NCBI GenBank assembly: GCA_040081625.1 | Contig: JBEBGD010000129.1 | Span: 1-13,898, forward strand | Direction of reading: 5' to 3' | Origin: Chthoniobacteraceae bacterium | GTDB lineage: Bacteria > Verrucomicrobiota > Verrucomicrobiia > Chthoniobacterales > Chthoniobacteraceae | DNA: 13,898 nt | Notes under the pieces: generated by a model | What the model saw: the letters and a program-made list of their open reading frames with translations, nothing else | What the model was told of the DNA's origin: nothing | Databases searched by the model: none | Program-made: the position numbers and the translations under genes | Part shown: in pieces, positions 1-9,100 of the stretch | Numbering within the stretch: the stretch's first letter is position 1 | Layout of the letters: each line of letters starts with the position of its first letter

Positions 1-1
1 C

Positions 2-205
2 CTCGCATAGCTCCCGCAGATTACGCGCGACATTCGCCGCCCCACCCGCGCACCACGTCTCGCTCACCACATCCACCACCGGCACCGGCGCCTCCGGGGA
101 AATGCGCGACACCTTCCCCCAGATGAATTCATCGAGGATCATCTCCCCGACGACGAGGATACGTTTGCTGGGATCGAGTAGGGAAGCGGCGCGGGAGCGG
201 AGCAT
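2..205 (-). CDS. rfaE: D-glycero-beta-D-manno-heptose-7-phosphate kinase (RfaE domain I / HldE kinase, PfkB family); 5' portion, runs off the left edge
   Basis: Translated by hand from ATG at 205: [68 protein letters not shown]. It contains the family hallmarks [10 protein letters not shown] and GGAANVA.N. Not in the supplied ORF track. Whether the adenylyltransferase domain is fused cannot be seen. Confidence 0.92.
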   Translation of the reverse strand, partial: MLRSRAASLLDPSKRILVVGEMILDEFIWGKVSRISPEAPVPVVDVVSETWCAGGAANVARNLRELCE

Positions 206-214
206 GAGGCCGCG

Positions 215-242
215 ATGCTACGGAGAGTTTGCGCGATTGGAA
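215..242 (-). promoter_or_regulatory. Possible sigma70-type promoter for the rfaE/hldE gene
   Basis: Minus strand reads TTCCAA-16 nt-TAGCAT, ending 9 nt before the ATG at 205; no Shine-Dalgarno. Confidence 0.3.
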
Positions 243-245
243 GTT

Positions 246-303
246 GGAACGCGCGGTCCGCGCGCGTTTCCATCCCGGAGCGGCGAAGCGGGCGCGAGCG
301 CCC
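246..303. terminator. GC-rich hairpins downstream of the protease gene (terminator-like or REP-like)
   Basis: ggaacgcgcg (246-255) pairs with cgcgcgtttcc (261-271) with one bulge. A second small stem gggcg-cgag-cgccc lies at 290-303. No long U-tract. Confidence 0.35.
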
Positions 304-335
304 CGGACGGCAGGTTGCGCCAGCTCAGCGCCGAA

Positions 336-3300
336 TCACGGCACCGGCACCAACTCCGTCTTCCCATGCCCGGCGCCCGCGTCGAAGAGCCCCGCGCCTC
401 GGTTTTCAGACTGGAGCAGCGCCCCGCCCATCTTGCGGCGCACCGTAGTGATAGCATCCGGCAGGTAGCCGCTGAATAGCCCCATCCGTGCATTCAGCCG
501 CAGCGCGAACCCCGGCGGCAGGCCCAGCACTACGCTCGATGTGTCCAGCGTCACCGTCGGGTCCGATGGGTCGGAGAGCGCATCGCGATGGGTGAAGCCC
601 ACGTCGAGATTGTTGGCGCCCGGCGTCACGAAGAGAGCCGCCGCGCCGGGATTGGGACGGAAATAGTAAGAGCCCTTCAGCGTCACGTCCTCGCCGCTGA
701 TTAGAGCCGCGGGATCCTCCACCCGCCAGCGGAGCGCGCCGGTGAAGTTGGTCGCCACGACCGGATCGAAGAGAACCTCGCCCGCCAGCGTCCCCGCTGC
801 GCCGCGATAGGGGGCGAGGTAGCAAGGCCAGAGATTGCCCGCGGTCAGCACGCCGCCTTGCGCTGCGCGCCGCCCATCCGGCAGCGTGCCGCTGAAGCGA
901 ACCTCCCCGCGCGAAGTCACCGTCGCGCGGCCATAGCCTGCGCCATAGGCCGTCGCTCCGCCGAGGGTCGCAGGCTCCAGCAGCATCGTGTAGCCACCGG
1001 CAGCCAGCGGCAGCAGGTCCGCGCCGCTGATCCGGCGGCGCGCGGTGAGGTGATAGCCTTCGCCGCCCACCGTCATCGTGCCCTTTACCGCGTTGTCCCC
1101 ATTGTCGAGATCGGTCGTGAGCGTGATGTCCAGCGGCGGCAGCCCGCCGCGCCGTGCGAGCGCGGGAGCATCGAGCCCCGCCGCCAGCGAGCCGCGGCGC
1201 ACATAGCGGCGCCCCTCGAAGAGCACCTGCATTGTGTAGGCGAGCTGGTCGGTGACGGTGAGCGTTACGAGCCCCGCGGTTTTCTCCACGCCTGCATCGG
1301 GCTGGATGATGCCGGCGAAAGTGCCGCGGCCGACGTAATGGATGTCGAAGTCGATCAGGCCGGCTAAGTTCGCGAAGCCGCCGATGGTGATGTAGTAGGT
1401 CTGCCCTGCGACCGCCCGGAACGTAACCCGGCTGGTGCGGTTGGCGCGGGCGAGGTCGTCGTTCACCGCCACGGGCACGAGGCGGCCCAATTCCGCGCCG
1501 GTGTAGATGCCGAGGATCGTGTCGAAGGTGCTGCCGGCGGTCGAGGCCACCACGCGCCCGCTCTCAGGAGCCGTCCACATCCACCAGAGCGAGTGGCCAT
1601 AGCTGCCGCCGAAGGGGCCCTGCTCGCCGGGCTCGGTCGTGGCGCCCACGTTGCTAGTCTCGATCTCCACATGCGTGCCTGTGAGCGCCTGGGCGCCCAC
1701 GAAGCTATCACTCCCGGGCAGTCCTTCGCGCGCGAAGACCGACACCTCATCGACCCACGCGCCGTTGCCGCCTCCGGCGGTCGTGGCATCGCGCCGGTAG
1801 CGGAAGGTGATGCGGTGCGTGCCGGGGCCGATGGGGTAGCTTTTGAGCTGCCAGTCCGCCTGGCCGCTGATCCGCGCCCGCTCCTCGCCGTCGATGCTGA
1901 AGCTGAGATAGTCGTAGTCCGGCTCGGACGACACTTTCCAGAAGAAGCGCAGCGAGGCAGGCCCGGTGAGATCGGTCTCCATGGTCGCGAACTGGTCGTC
2001 GCCGACCGTGGTGGCCGCCGCGGCGTCCACCCCATCGTGGGTGACCGCCGTCTCGCCGGCCCACGTCGCGGGGCCCAAAGTCGTCCATACGAGGTCCGCT
2101 TGGTCGAGGGCGGCAGTAAGGTCGAGCGTGCCGTCTTCCACGCTGATCTGGAGTTCACGGGTGCCGGTGCCGCCGGCGTTTGCGGCGCCCAGCGTCACCG
2201 TGAACACGCCGCCTTCGGCAGGCATCCCGGCGATCACGCCGGTGGCAGCGGTGAAGCCCAGGCCCAGGGGCAGCGTCCCGGTGAGGCTAAAGGTGGTCGG
2301 GTTGTTGCTGGCGATGATCTGATAGCTAAACGCCACGTCCACCCGCGCCGCCGCAAAGCCGGCGCTGGTGATGAGCGGGGTGGGGGTGCCCGATGCCGGG
2401 CTGATGCTGACTGTCAGGGGGACGGTGTCGGTGCCGTTCGGGTTCGTCGCGCTCATGGTGAGCGGATAGGTGCCGACGGTCGTGGGTGTGCCGCTGAGCA
2501 CGCCGGTGCCCGCAGTGAACGTCAGGCCCGGGGGCAGCGTGCCGGTGAGGTCGAAGCTCGCGGGATTGTGGGAGGCCGTGATCTGATAAGTGAAGGCGAC
2601 GCCGACATTGCCCGGGGCAGTGCCGGGGCTGGTGATGACGGGTGCCTGCGCCGGCGCGATGGTGATGGTCAGCGCCTTCGAGCCGGTGCCGGCGCCATTC
2701 GTGGCCTCGATGGTGAGGCTCGCCATGCCCGCGGTCGTCGGAGTGCCGGAGATGAGGCCCGTGCCGGCTTCGAAGTCCAGCCCGGCGGGCAGTGTGCCGA
2801 TCAGCGCGAAGCTGTCCGGGGAATTGGTCGCGGCGATTTGATAGGAGAAGGGGACCCCGACCTCGCCGGCAGCCGTGCCTGCGCTGGTGATGGCCGGCTG
2901 TGGTGGGGCGCCCGGGATGGTGCCGGCGAGGGTGTATTCGCCGATGGAGGCGTAGGCGGTGTAGCCCGTGGCGAGCACATTGCCCGCGCCGGTGCCGCGG
3001 ACGCGCAGGTGATAGACTCCCGAGGGGACGGTGCGGGAGAGCGACGCGGGAAGGGCGGCGGCGGGGTTGTCCGACTCGAGGAGCGCGCCAGTGTCGTCGA
3101 GGAGATCGAGGACGATGTCGAGGTCGGGCGAGAGCGGGGCCGGGGTGGCCGTGATATTTAACAACCCTCCGGCGGTGCTGAAGACGAATGTGTCGGTGTC
3201 GCTGGCCGAGGCGATGACGCCTGGCTGCTCGATGGAGTCGCCTTCGACGATGAGTGGGGCCGCAGCGGCTTCGTCCGCGGTGTAGCCGAAGCCGTTTGCC

Positions 3301-4550
3301 GCGCCGGAGATGATGGCGAGGTCGTCCTGGGTGTTGTTGGCGTTGAGATACTCGCCCTTGCTCCATTGGGTGAGCGATTTGTAATAGCTAACGCCCATGA
3401 TGGGTGCCCAACCGGTCGCGCCGGTGCCCTGGCCGGCGAAGTAACCCTCGGCGGGGCTCGTGCGGCCGTCGTGGTGCAGGCCGAGGGTGTGGCCGAACTC
3501 GTGGGAGATGGCCTCGGCGATGCCGTTGACGCTGGTGTTAAAGACCCAGCACGGGATGGTGCTCGAGAATTCAGCCGTGCCGGCCTCGGCGAAGGAACCC
3601 ACGTAGGCCACGCCGCCCGCGCCCCGCGCCGCGATGTCGGTCGGGGTGATGATGCAGCGCATCCGGCGTCCGACCGGAGCGGTGGTGTAGCGGGCGGGGT
3701 CGGTGGTCACGTCCACATCGAAGGCGAGGAAGTCCTCCTTCACCCGCCGCCAGATGCTGGTGATGTCGGCGTTGGAGGAGGCGGCCGCTTTGGCGACGAT
3801 GGTGCGGCCGCTGTTCCAGAGCGGGTCGGTGACGGTCTCGCCGTCGAAGTCCAGATACAGCACCGCGGTGGCGCCGGGGCGGCTGCTGAGGATCGGGGGC
3901 ACTAGCGACGGGGAGCGCGTGCCAGGCGGGGGTGTGGTGGGCTCGAAGGTCGGCCGGGGCAGTGGGAGGCAGAGTAGCTCGGCAAGCGGGCGCGCAGTCG
4001 CCACGAGGTCGCCGAGGGGATTGGCGGCGATGATGTATCCGAGTCTGCGCCCCGGGATCTGGATGAGTCCGGCGGTGTCGCGTCCGTTTGTGCCCATGGC
4101 GAACGAGCCGGCTGCCGGTGCCTGGAGTGAGCCGGCGACACGGAGCCAGCCGCCGCGTTCACGCGCGACGAGGTGGACCGTGCCGGTCGCCATTGCCCCG
4201 CCGAGCGGCAAGGACACCGTGGTGCCTTCGCGCAGTGTCGGCAGGCTGCGGACGGAGATCGCGACGGGCTGGGCCGGGCCGCGCGGCTCCGGGGCGGAAG
4301 CGCTGTCCTCGGTGCGTGAAGTGGCCGCCGCGTCGGATGGTGGAGGTGCCACGGGAGACGTGCTCGTCGCGGATTGTGGGACCGTCGGCCGCGGCGGGAG
4401 TGAATACCATGAGCCGATGATCAGACCGACGGCCGCGAGCAGAATCGCCAGCCTCACCGACACGCGACCCGCCCGCCGGTGGATGCCGTGGCGAAGCGGT
4501 TTTCCGGTCGGATCGGGATCTGAATGGGTGAGGTCGCGTGGCGGGCACAT
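336..4550 (-). CDS. Large exported/membrane-anchored zinc metalloprotease (metzincin, reprolysin/M12B-like) with PPC, putative Ig and C-terminal accessory domains
   Basis: 1404-aa ORF. N-terminal hydrophobic helix (LAILLAAVGLIIGSWY) followed by a Pro/Ser/Thr linker. Zinc motif HEFGHTLGLHHD (3468-3503) with downstream Met-turn WAPIMG. PPC-like domain (DTDTFVF...GVYHLRVRG), three Ig-like repeats, a beta-sandwich (FFWKVSSEPDYDYLSFSIDG), and a second PPC-like domain (SLWWMWTAP...FDTILGIYTG...NDD...GQTYYI). Exact start codon uncertain. Confidence 0.9.
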   Translation of the reverse strand: MCPPRDLTHSDPDPTGKPLRHGIHRRAGRVSVRLAILLAAVGLIIGSWYSLPPRPTVPQSATSTSPVAPPPSDAAATSRTEDSASAPEPRGPAQPVAISVRSLPTLREGTTVSLPLGGAMATGTVHLVARERGGWLRVAGSLQAPAAGSFAMGTNGRDTAGLIQIPGRRLGYIIAANPLGDLVATARPLAELLCLPLPRPTFEPTTPPPGTRSPSLVPPILSSRPGATAVLYLDFDGETVTDPLWNSGRTIVAKAAASSNADITSIWRRVKEDFLAFDVDVTTDPARYTTAPVGRRMRCIITPTDIAARGAGGVAYVGSFAEAGTAEFSSTIPCWVFNTSVNGIAEAISHEFGHTLGLHHDGRTSPAEGYFAGQGTGATGWAPIMGVSYYKSLTQWSKGEYLNANNTQDDLAIISGAANGFGYTADEAAAAPLIVEGDSIEQPGVIASASDTDTFVFSTAGGLLNITATPAPLSPDLDIVLDLLDDTGALLESDNPAAALPASLSRTVPSGVYHLRVRGTGAGNVLATGYTAYASIGEYTLAGTIPGAPPQPAITSAGTAAGEVGVPFSYQIAATNSPDSFALIGTLPAGLDFEAGTGLISGTPTTAGMASLTIEATNGAGTGSKALTITIAPAQAPVITSPGTAPGNVGVAFTYQITASHNPASFDLTGTLPPGLTFTAGTGVLSGTPTTVGTYPLTMSATNPNGTDTVPLTVSISPASGTPTPLITSAGFAAARVDVAFSYQIIASNNPTTFSLTGTLPLGLGFTAATGVIAGMPAEGGVFTVTLGAANAGGTGTRELQISVEDGTLDLTAALDQADLVWTTLGPATWAGETAVTHDGVDAAAATTVGDDQFATMETDLTGPASLRFFWKVSSEPDYDYLSFSIDGEERARISGQADWQLKSYPIGPGTHRITFRYRRDATTAGGGNGAWVDEVSVFAREGLPGSDSFVGAQALTGTHVEIETSNVGATTEPGEQGPFGGSYGHSLWWMWTAPESGRVVASTAGSTFDTILGIYTGAELGRLVPVAVNDDLARANRTSRVTFRAVAGQTYYITIGGFANLAGLIDFDIHYVGRGTFAGIIQPDAGVEKTAGLVTLTVTDQLAYTMQVLFEGRRYVRRGSLAAGLDAPALARRGGLPPLDITLTTDLDNGDNAVKGTMTVGGEGYHLTARRRISGADLLPLAAGGYTMLLEPATLGGATAYGAGYGRATVTSRGEVRFSGTLPDGRRAAQGGVLTAGNLWPCYLAPYRGAAGTLAGEVLFDPVVATNFTGALRWRVEDPAALISGEDVTLKGSYYFRPNPGAAALFVTPGANNLDVGFTHRDALSDPSDPTVTLDTSSVVLGLPPGFALRLNARMGLFSGYLPDAITTVRRKMGGALLQSENRGAGLFDAGAGHGKTELVPVP
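2136..2897 (-). repeat. Three tandem putative Ig (He_PIG-like) repeats of ~85 aa within the protease
   Basis: Units start PAITS / PVITS / PLITS and share F[ST]YQI.A...P..F.L.GTLP.GL.F.A.TG...G.P...G......A.N..GT. Confidence 0.9.
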
Positions 4551-4653
4551 CCGGGCGCGGGGAAGTGTGGGAGCTTACTCCGGGCTCAAATGGCGTCGAG
4601 TTGGATTATGGCGCCTGGCCGCAGATCCACGCGCCGGTGACGAGGCGCGGCGA

Positions 4654-6069
4654 CTAGAAGTTCCACTGCGCCTGCTCGCTCGGCGTGCGGGCGGACTTGA
4701 GCAGCGCGGCGGCTTTGGCGGCGATCTCGGGATTAGTGGTGGCGACGTTCGTCTTCTCGGCGGGATCGGCCTTGAGGTTGTAAAGCTCGGGCGTCGAGTC
4801 GGGCGCTTTCTTCGCGCCGTTGCGGATGGCCTTCCACTCGGCGAAGCGCACAGCCTGCGCGCCGCCGCCGCTGTGATACTCCCAGTATAAATGCTCGTGC
4901 TGCTTCTGCCCCGGCCGGCCGAGGAGCGTGGGTGCGATGCTGATGCCATCGGTCCCCGCGGGCGCGGCGACGCCGGCGATGTCGCAGAAGGTCGGCATCA
5001 TGTCCCAGAACGCGCCCATGTGGGCACTGGTGCTGCCCGCTTTCACCCGGCCCGGCCACCGCGCGAGGAAAGGCGTGCGGATGCCGCCTTCGTAGAGGTC
5101 CTGCTTGTAGCCGCGCAGGCCGCCGGTGCTGCCGAAGAAAACCGGGTCGGTGCCCGAGAGCGGGAAGACGGCGCCGTTGTCGCTGCTGAAGATGACGAGC
5201 GTCTTCTCATCGAGGTTCAGCTCCTTGAGCAGGTCGAGCAGGCGGCCGATGTCGCGATCGAAGCGCGTGATCATCGCGGCGTAAGCGGCGCGCGGCGTGT
5301 CGTGATTCGAGTAGTGCTTCGACGTGGTGAACGGCGTCTCGGGCCACTTGCCTTTGTATTGCGCGAGCGAATCGTCGGGCACTTGCAGCGAGAGGTGCGG
5401 CACCGTCGAGGCGAAGTAGAGGAAGAAGGGCTGCTCCTTCTGTTTGCGCACCCACGTCAGCGCATCTCCGCCGATCAGGTCGGCGGAATACACCTTCCCA
5501 TCCGTCTCGATCACGCCCTTCTGCCCATAGGAATACTCAGGATTGCCCGCGAGCGTTTCCTTCGCGTCGTCGCGCCAGAGATAGGGCGGGTAGAAAGTGT
5601 GCGCCATGCCCTGGCAGAGGTAGCCGTAGTGGTGATCGAAGCCGAAGCTCAGCGGGCTGCTCTTGTCCTCCGGCATCCCGAGCCCCCACTTGCCGACGAT
5701 CGCCGTCGCGTAGCCCGCCTTTTTCAAAAGCTGCGCGACCGTGACGGTGCCGGGCGGCATCGGCGCCTGACCCTCTCCGCCGGTGGTGCGCTGCGCGTTG
5801 TTGCGGATGGCGGAGTGGCCGGTGTGCTGGCCGGTCATCAGCGTGCAACGGCTCGGCGCGCAGACCGAGTGGCCGGAGTAGAAGCCGGTGAACTTCATTC
5901 CCTCCGCGGCGATGCGGTCGATGTTCGGCGTCTTGATCTTCGTCCCGCCGTAAGCGCCGACATCTCCGATGCCGAGATCATCGGCGAGGATGAAGATGAT
6001 GTTCGGCTTGTCGGCGGCGACGGCGGTGCAGGCGAGGACGAGGGCGAGGAGAAAGGGGCGCAGGTTCAT
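4654..6069 (-). CDS. Secreted formylglycine-dependent (Cys-type) S1 sulfatase / arylsulfatase
   Basis: Signal peptide MNLRPFLLALVLACTAVAA, then KPNIIFILADDLG, signature CAPSRCTLMTG (CxPxR at 5848-5862), GKWGLG, FSSDNG, KQDLYEGGIRTP, ELYNL..DP.E..N. ATG 6069 preferred over GTG 6087; 471 aa. Confidence 0.96.
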   Translation of the reverse strand: MNLRPFLLALVLACTAVAADKPNIIFILADDLGIGDVGAYGGTKIKTPNIDRIAAEGMKFTGFYSGHSVCAPSRCTLMTGQHTGHSAIRNNAQRTTGGEGQAPMPPGTVTVAQLLKKAGYATAIVGKWGLGMPEDKSSPLSFGFDHHYGYLCQGMAHTFYPPYLWRDDAKETLAGNPEYSYGQKGVIETDGKVYSADLIGGDALTWVRKQKEQPFFLYFASTVPHLSLQVPDDSLAQYKGKWPETPFTTSKHYSNHDTPRAAYAAMITRFDRDIGRLLDLLKELNLDEKTLVIFSSDNGAVFPLSGTDPVFFGSTGGLRGYKQDLYEGGIRTPFLARWPGRVKAGSTSAHMGAFWDMMPTFCDIAGVAAPAGTDGISIAPTLLGRPGQKQHEHLYWEYHSGGGAQAVRFAEWKAIRNGAKKAPDSTPELYNLKADPAEKTNVATTNPEIAAKAAALLKSARTPSEQAQWNF

Positions 6070-6143
6070 CGGAGAAGCGGGGCGCACAAGCGGCCACAGA
6101 GCGAACTTTCATACAAGCACGAACAAGCACCGCGAATTCCCGC

Positions 6144-6171
6144 TTGAGCGGGCGACGCCCCTGCCGACAAT
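6144..6171 (+). promoter_or_regulatory. Putative sigma70 promoter for the beta-propeller gene
   Basis: TTGAGC (6144-6149), 16 nt spacer, GACAAT (6166-6171), 18 nt upstream of ATG 6190; C-rich leader without Shine-Dalgarno. Confidence 0.4.
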
Positions 6172-6189
6172 CCCCCCCGCCTCCACCAT

Positions 6190-9100
6190 ATGCGTTCCCC
6201 TCGTCTGTCCTTCCTCTTCGCTTTCCTCCTCCTCGCCCTCACCGCCTGGGCTGCCGACGAACAACCGAAGATCACTTCCATCCGCGGACGCGTCGTCACC
6301 GTCACGGTGCCCGCCGGGTTCGACTCGGTCTCGCTGCAAAAAATCCGCGCGATTCTGCGTCCGCGCGGCCGCGTCGAGCGCGTCTGGGGGACACTCGATA
6401 CGCAATTCCCCGCCGCTTCCGCGACCACGCTCACTTTCCGCCTCACCAAGCTCACGCCGCGGCGTAATCTGCGCGTGCTCGGCTCGCGCTCGGCACCGCT
6501 GCCGTCGAATTTTTTCTCCGGCGTCACGAGCTTCGGCGCGGACACGCTCAGCCTCTCGAACGCGGGCTCCGCCAATCGCGCGGGCGACGACGTCGCGAGC
6601 GCGGGCATCGCCGGCACGGCGAACCTGAGCGCGAGCGGCACCACTGGCGGCAGCGCGCCGGTCGCGGTGGTCGAGAGCGACATTTGGAAGATCGCCGGGG
6701 ACCGGCTGTATTTCTTCAACCAGCTCCGCGGGCTGCAAGTCATCGACATCCGCAAGCCGGACGCTCCCGCGCTGCTGGGCACGCTGCGGATGCCGGCGGC
6801 GGGCGAGGATCTCTACGTCGTGGATGAAAACCACGTCGCGCTGCTCAAGCGCGGAAGTGACTTCGGGTGGGGTCTCCGCGGCATCCTGCGCGCCGCAAAC
6901 GTGGACACGCTGACCCTCGCGGGCGGGGCGTCGCCCGCGACCACGCTCCAGCCTTACACCGAAGCGGGTCGCGAAAACGAACTCATCATCGCCGACGTGA
7001 GCGCCGGTGCGCCGCGGCAGGTCGCGAGTGTGGCGTTCAAGGGCGCGCTGCGCGAGAGCCGGCTCGTGGGCCACGTGCTTTATGTCGCTGCGAGCACGTC
7101 GCTCGATGAGGCGGGCAACTACCAATACGGCACGCAAGTCACCGCGTTCGATCTCAGCGATCCCGCGCATCCCGCCACGCGCGACTCGGTCTTCATCCCG
7201 GGCTGGACGAGCGCCGTCGCGGCGACGCCCCACTACTTCCTCGTCGCCGGCTATAGCACCGTGCAACTCGTCGATATCTCCGCGGGCGACGGCACGCTCA
7301 AGCTCGCTGGTAGCGTCACGGCGGAAGGCTACATCGCCGACAAGTTCAAGCTCAACGTGGACGGCGCGGTGCTCACGGTCCTCTCGCAGGTGTGGCTGCC
7401 CTGGACTTGGGATGCGAATGGAACGGTCATCACGCGAGGCGGCGTGCAGACCGTGCTCCAGACCTTTTCGCTCAACGATCCCGACAGACCGGTGGTGCTC
7501 GGGCGGCTCATGATCGCGCCCGGCGAATCGCTGCGCGCCACGCGCTTCGACGGCAGTCGCGTGTATGTCGTCACTTTCGAGCAGATCGATCCGCTTCACG
7601 TCGTCGATCTCAGCGACCCCGCGAACCCGACCGTCTCCGGCGAAGTGGAGGCCCCCGGCTTCTCGACCTACATCGAGCCGCTCGGTGATCGGCTCGTCAC
7701 GATCGGCCTCGTCGATTGGAAGCCCGCCGTCTCGCTCTTCGACGTGAGCAATCCCGCCGCGCCCGCGCTGCTCCAGCAAGTCATCCTCGGCGGGAGAAAA
7801 GACGGCTGGTCGCACAGCGAAGCGGTATGGAATGAGAAGGCCTTCAAAGTCCTGGCCCACGAAAACCTCATCCTGCTCCCGGTCTCCGGCGTCGATCGCG
7901 TCGAGACCGATCAATGGGGCGGCGAATGGTTTTCGCGCGTGCAACTCATCGACCTCAAGCACGACTCGCTCGCCGTGCGCGGCACCATCAGCGCAGCCTT
8001 CTCCCCGCGCCGCGCCGACGTGATCCACGCCAACCGCATCGCCGCGATCTCCCCCTCGAAGCTCGTGATCGTCAACGCCGGCAACCGCGATGAGCCGAAG
8101 GTCACCGCCGAGGTCGAACTCGCGTGGAGTGTCGATCGCGTCTTCCGCATCGGCGACTACCTCGTGCAAGTCGGCGGTCCCGTGGACTGGACCGGCAAAC
8201 CCGCGCCGACGCTTTCCGTCGCACCGGCATCCGACCCGGACGCGGCGATCAACGTCGCCGATCTCGACCCGCTCGAAGTCGTCGGCTCGACCCTGCGAAA
8301 CGGCACGCTCTTCCTCGCGCAGCGCGCGTGGCCGCGCTGGTGGCTGAGCACCGCCGCGCAGGACCAACTCAAACTTCTCGTGACCGCCTACGACGTGTCC
8401 GCGCTGCCCGCGCTCAAGAAGCTCTCGCAGTCCAGCGGCCCCGCGCCTGCGGATTCGTGGGGCCAGCTCACCGCACTGTGGCCGAGCCCCGGCACGCTCG
8501 TGTGGGCCGCGGATGGACATTACGTGGACTTCGCCACCGCCGCCGGAAACGGCGTCCCGGTCGCGGCGGCGACCCGCATCGCAAACTTCTATCGCCCGTG
8601 GTGGGGCGGCTTCACCAAGCAGTTCATCTCCTTCAAGGTCGGCGCGCCGGAGAAGATCGCCTACGGCATGACGGTTGAGTTGAAGCCGGCCAGCGGCTCG
8701 ATTTTCAGCGTGCCTTTCGCGCAGGCGGGCCTCGTCTTTATCAGCGAACAGAAACTCCTCGATGACTCGACGGACACCGGCGCGAGCGAAGCTGGAAAAC
8801 ATTTTCTGCGAGTGATCGACTACGCCGAGCCGTCGGCCCCCTTCATCCGCAGCGCCCGCGTGAATCTCCCCGGACGCCTCGCCGGAGTCGCGCGCGATGG
8901 CAAACTGCTCTACACCGTCGGCTCGGATTTCAGCAGCGAGACGACCGTCGCGAAAAATGGCGCTGCGCTCCACGCGAGCGCCTTCGACGGAGCCGCCGCG
9001 CACCTCATCGCCTCGCAACCGCTGCCTTCCATCTGGTCGCCGGTCGGCTTTTCGGGAGCGAACGTCCTCATCCTCGACGAACAGCCCGCGCAGCTTTGGA

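Noticed and set aside
2136..2897. Recurrent DNA words such as gctggtgatg at ~255-264 bp spacing, considered as a CRISPR-like or non-coding array
   Set aside because: Fully explained by the three protein-coding Ig repeats, which diverge at synonymous positions.
4630..4649. Hairpin cgcgcc-N8-ggcgcg after the sulfatase stop
   Set aside because: Short GC stem without a U-tract; easily arises by chance at this GC content.
102..6147. Numerous overlapping ORFs (e.g. 1593..3161 +, 2326..3366 -, 3703..4890 +, 4891..6147 +)
   Set aside because: Antisense or alternate-frame shadows of the kinase, protease and sulfatase genes, with low-complexity composition.
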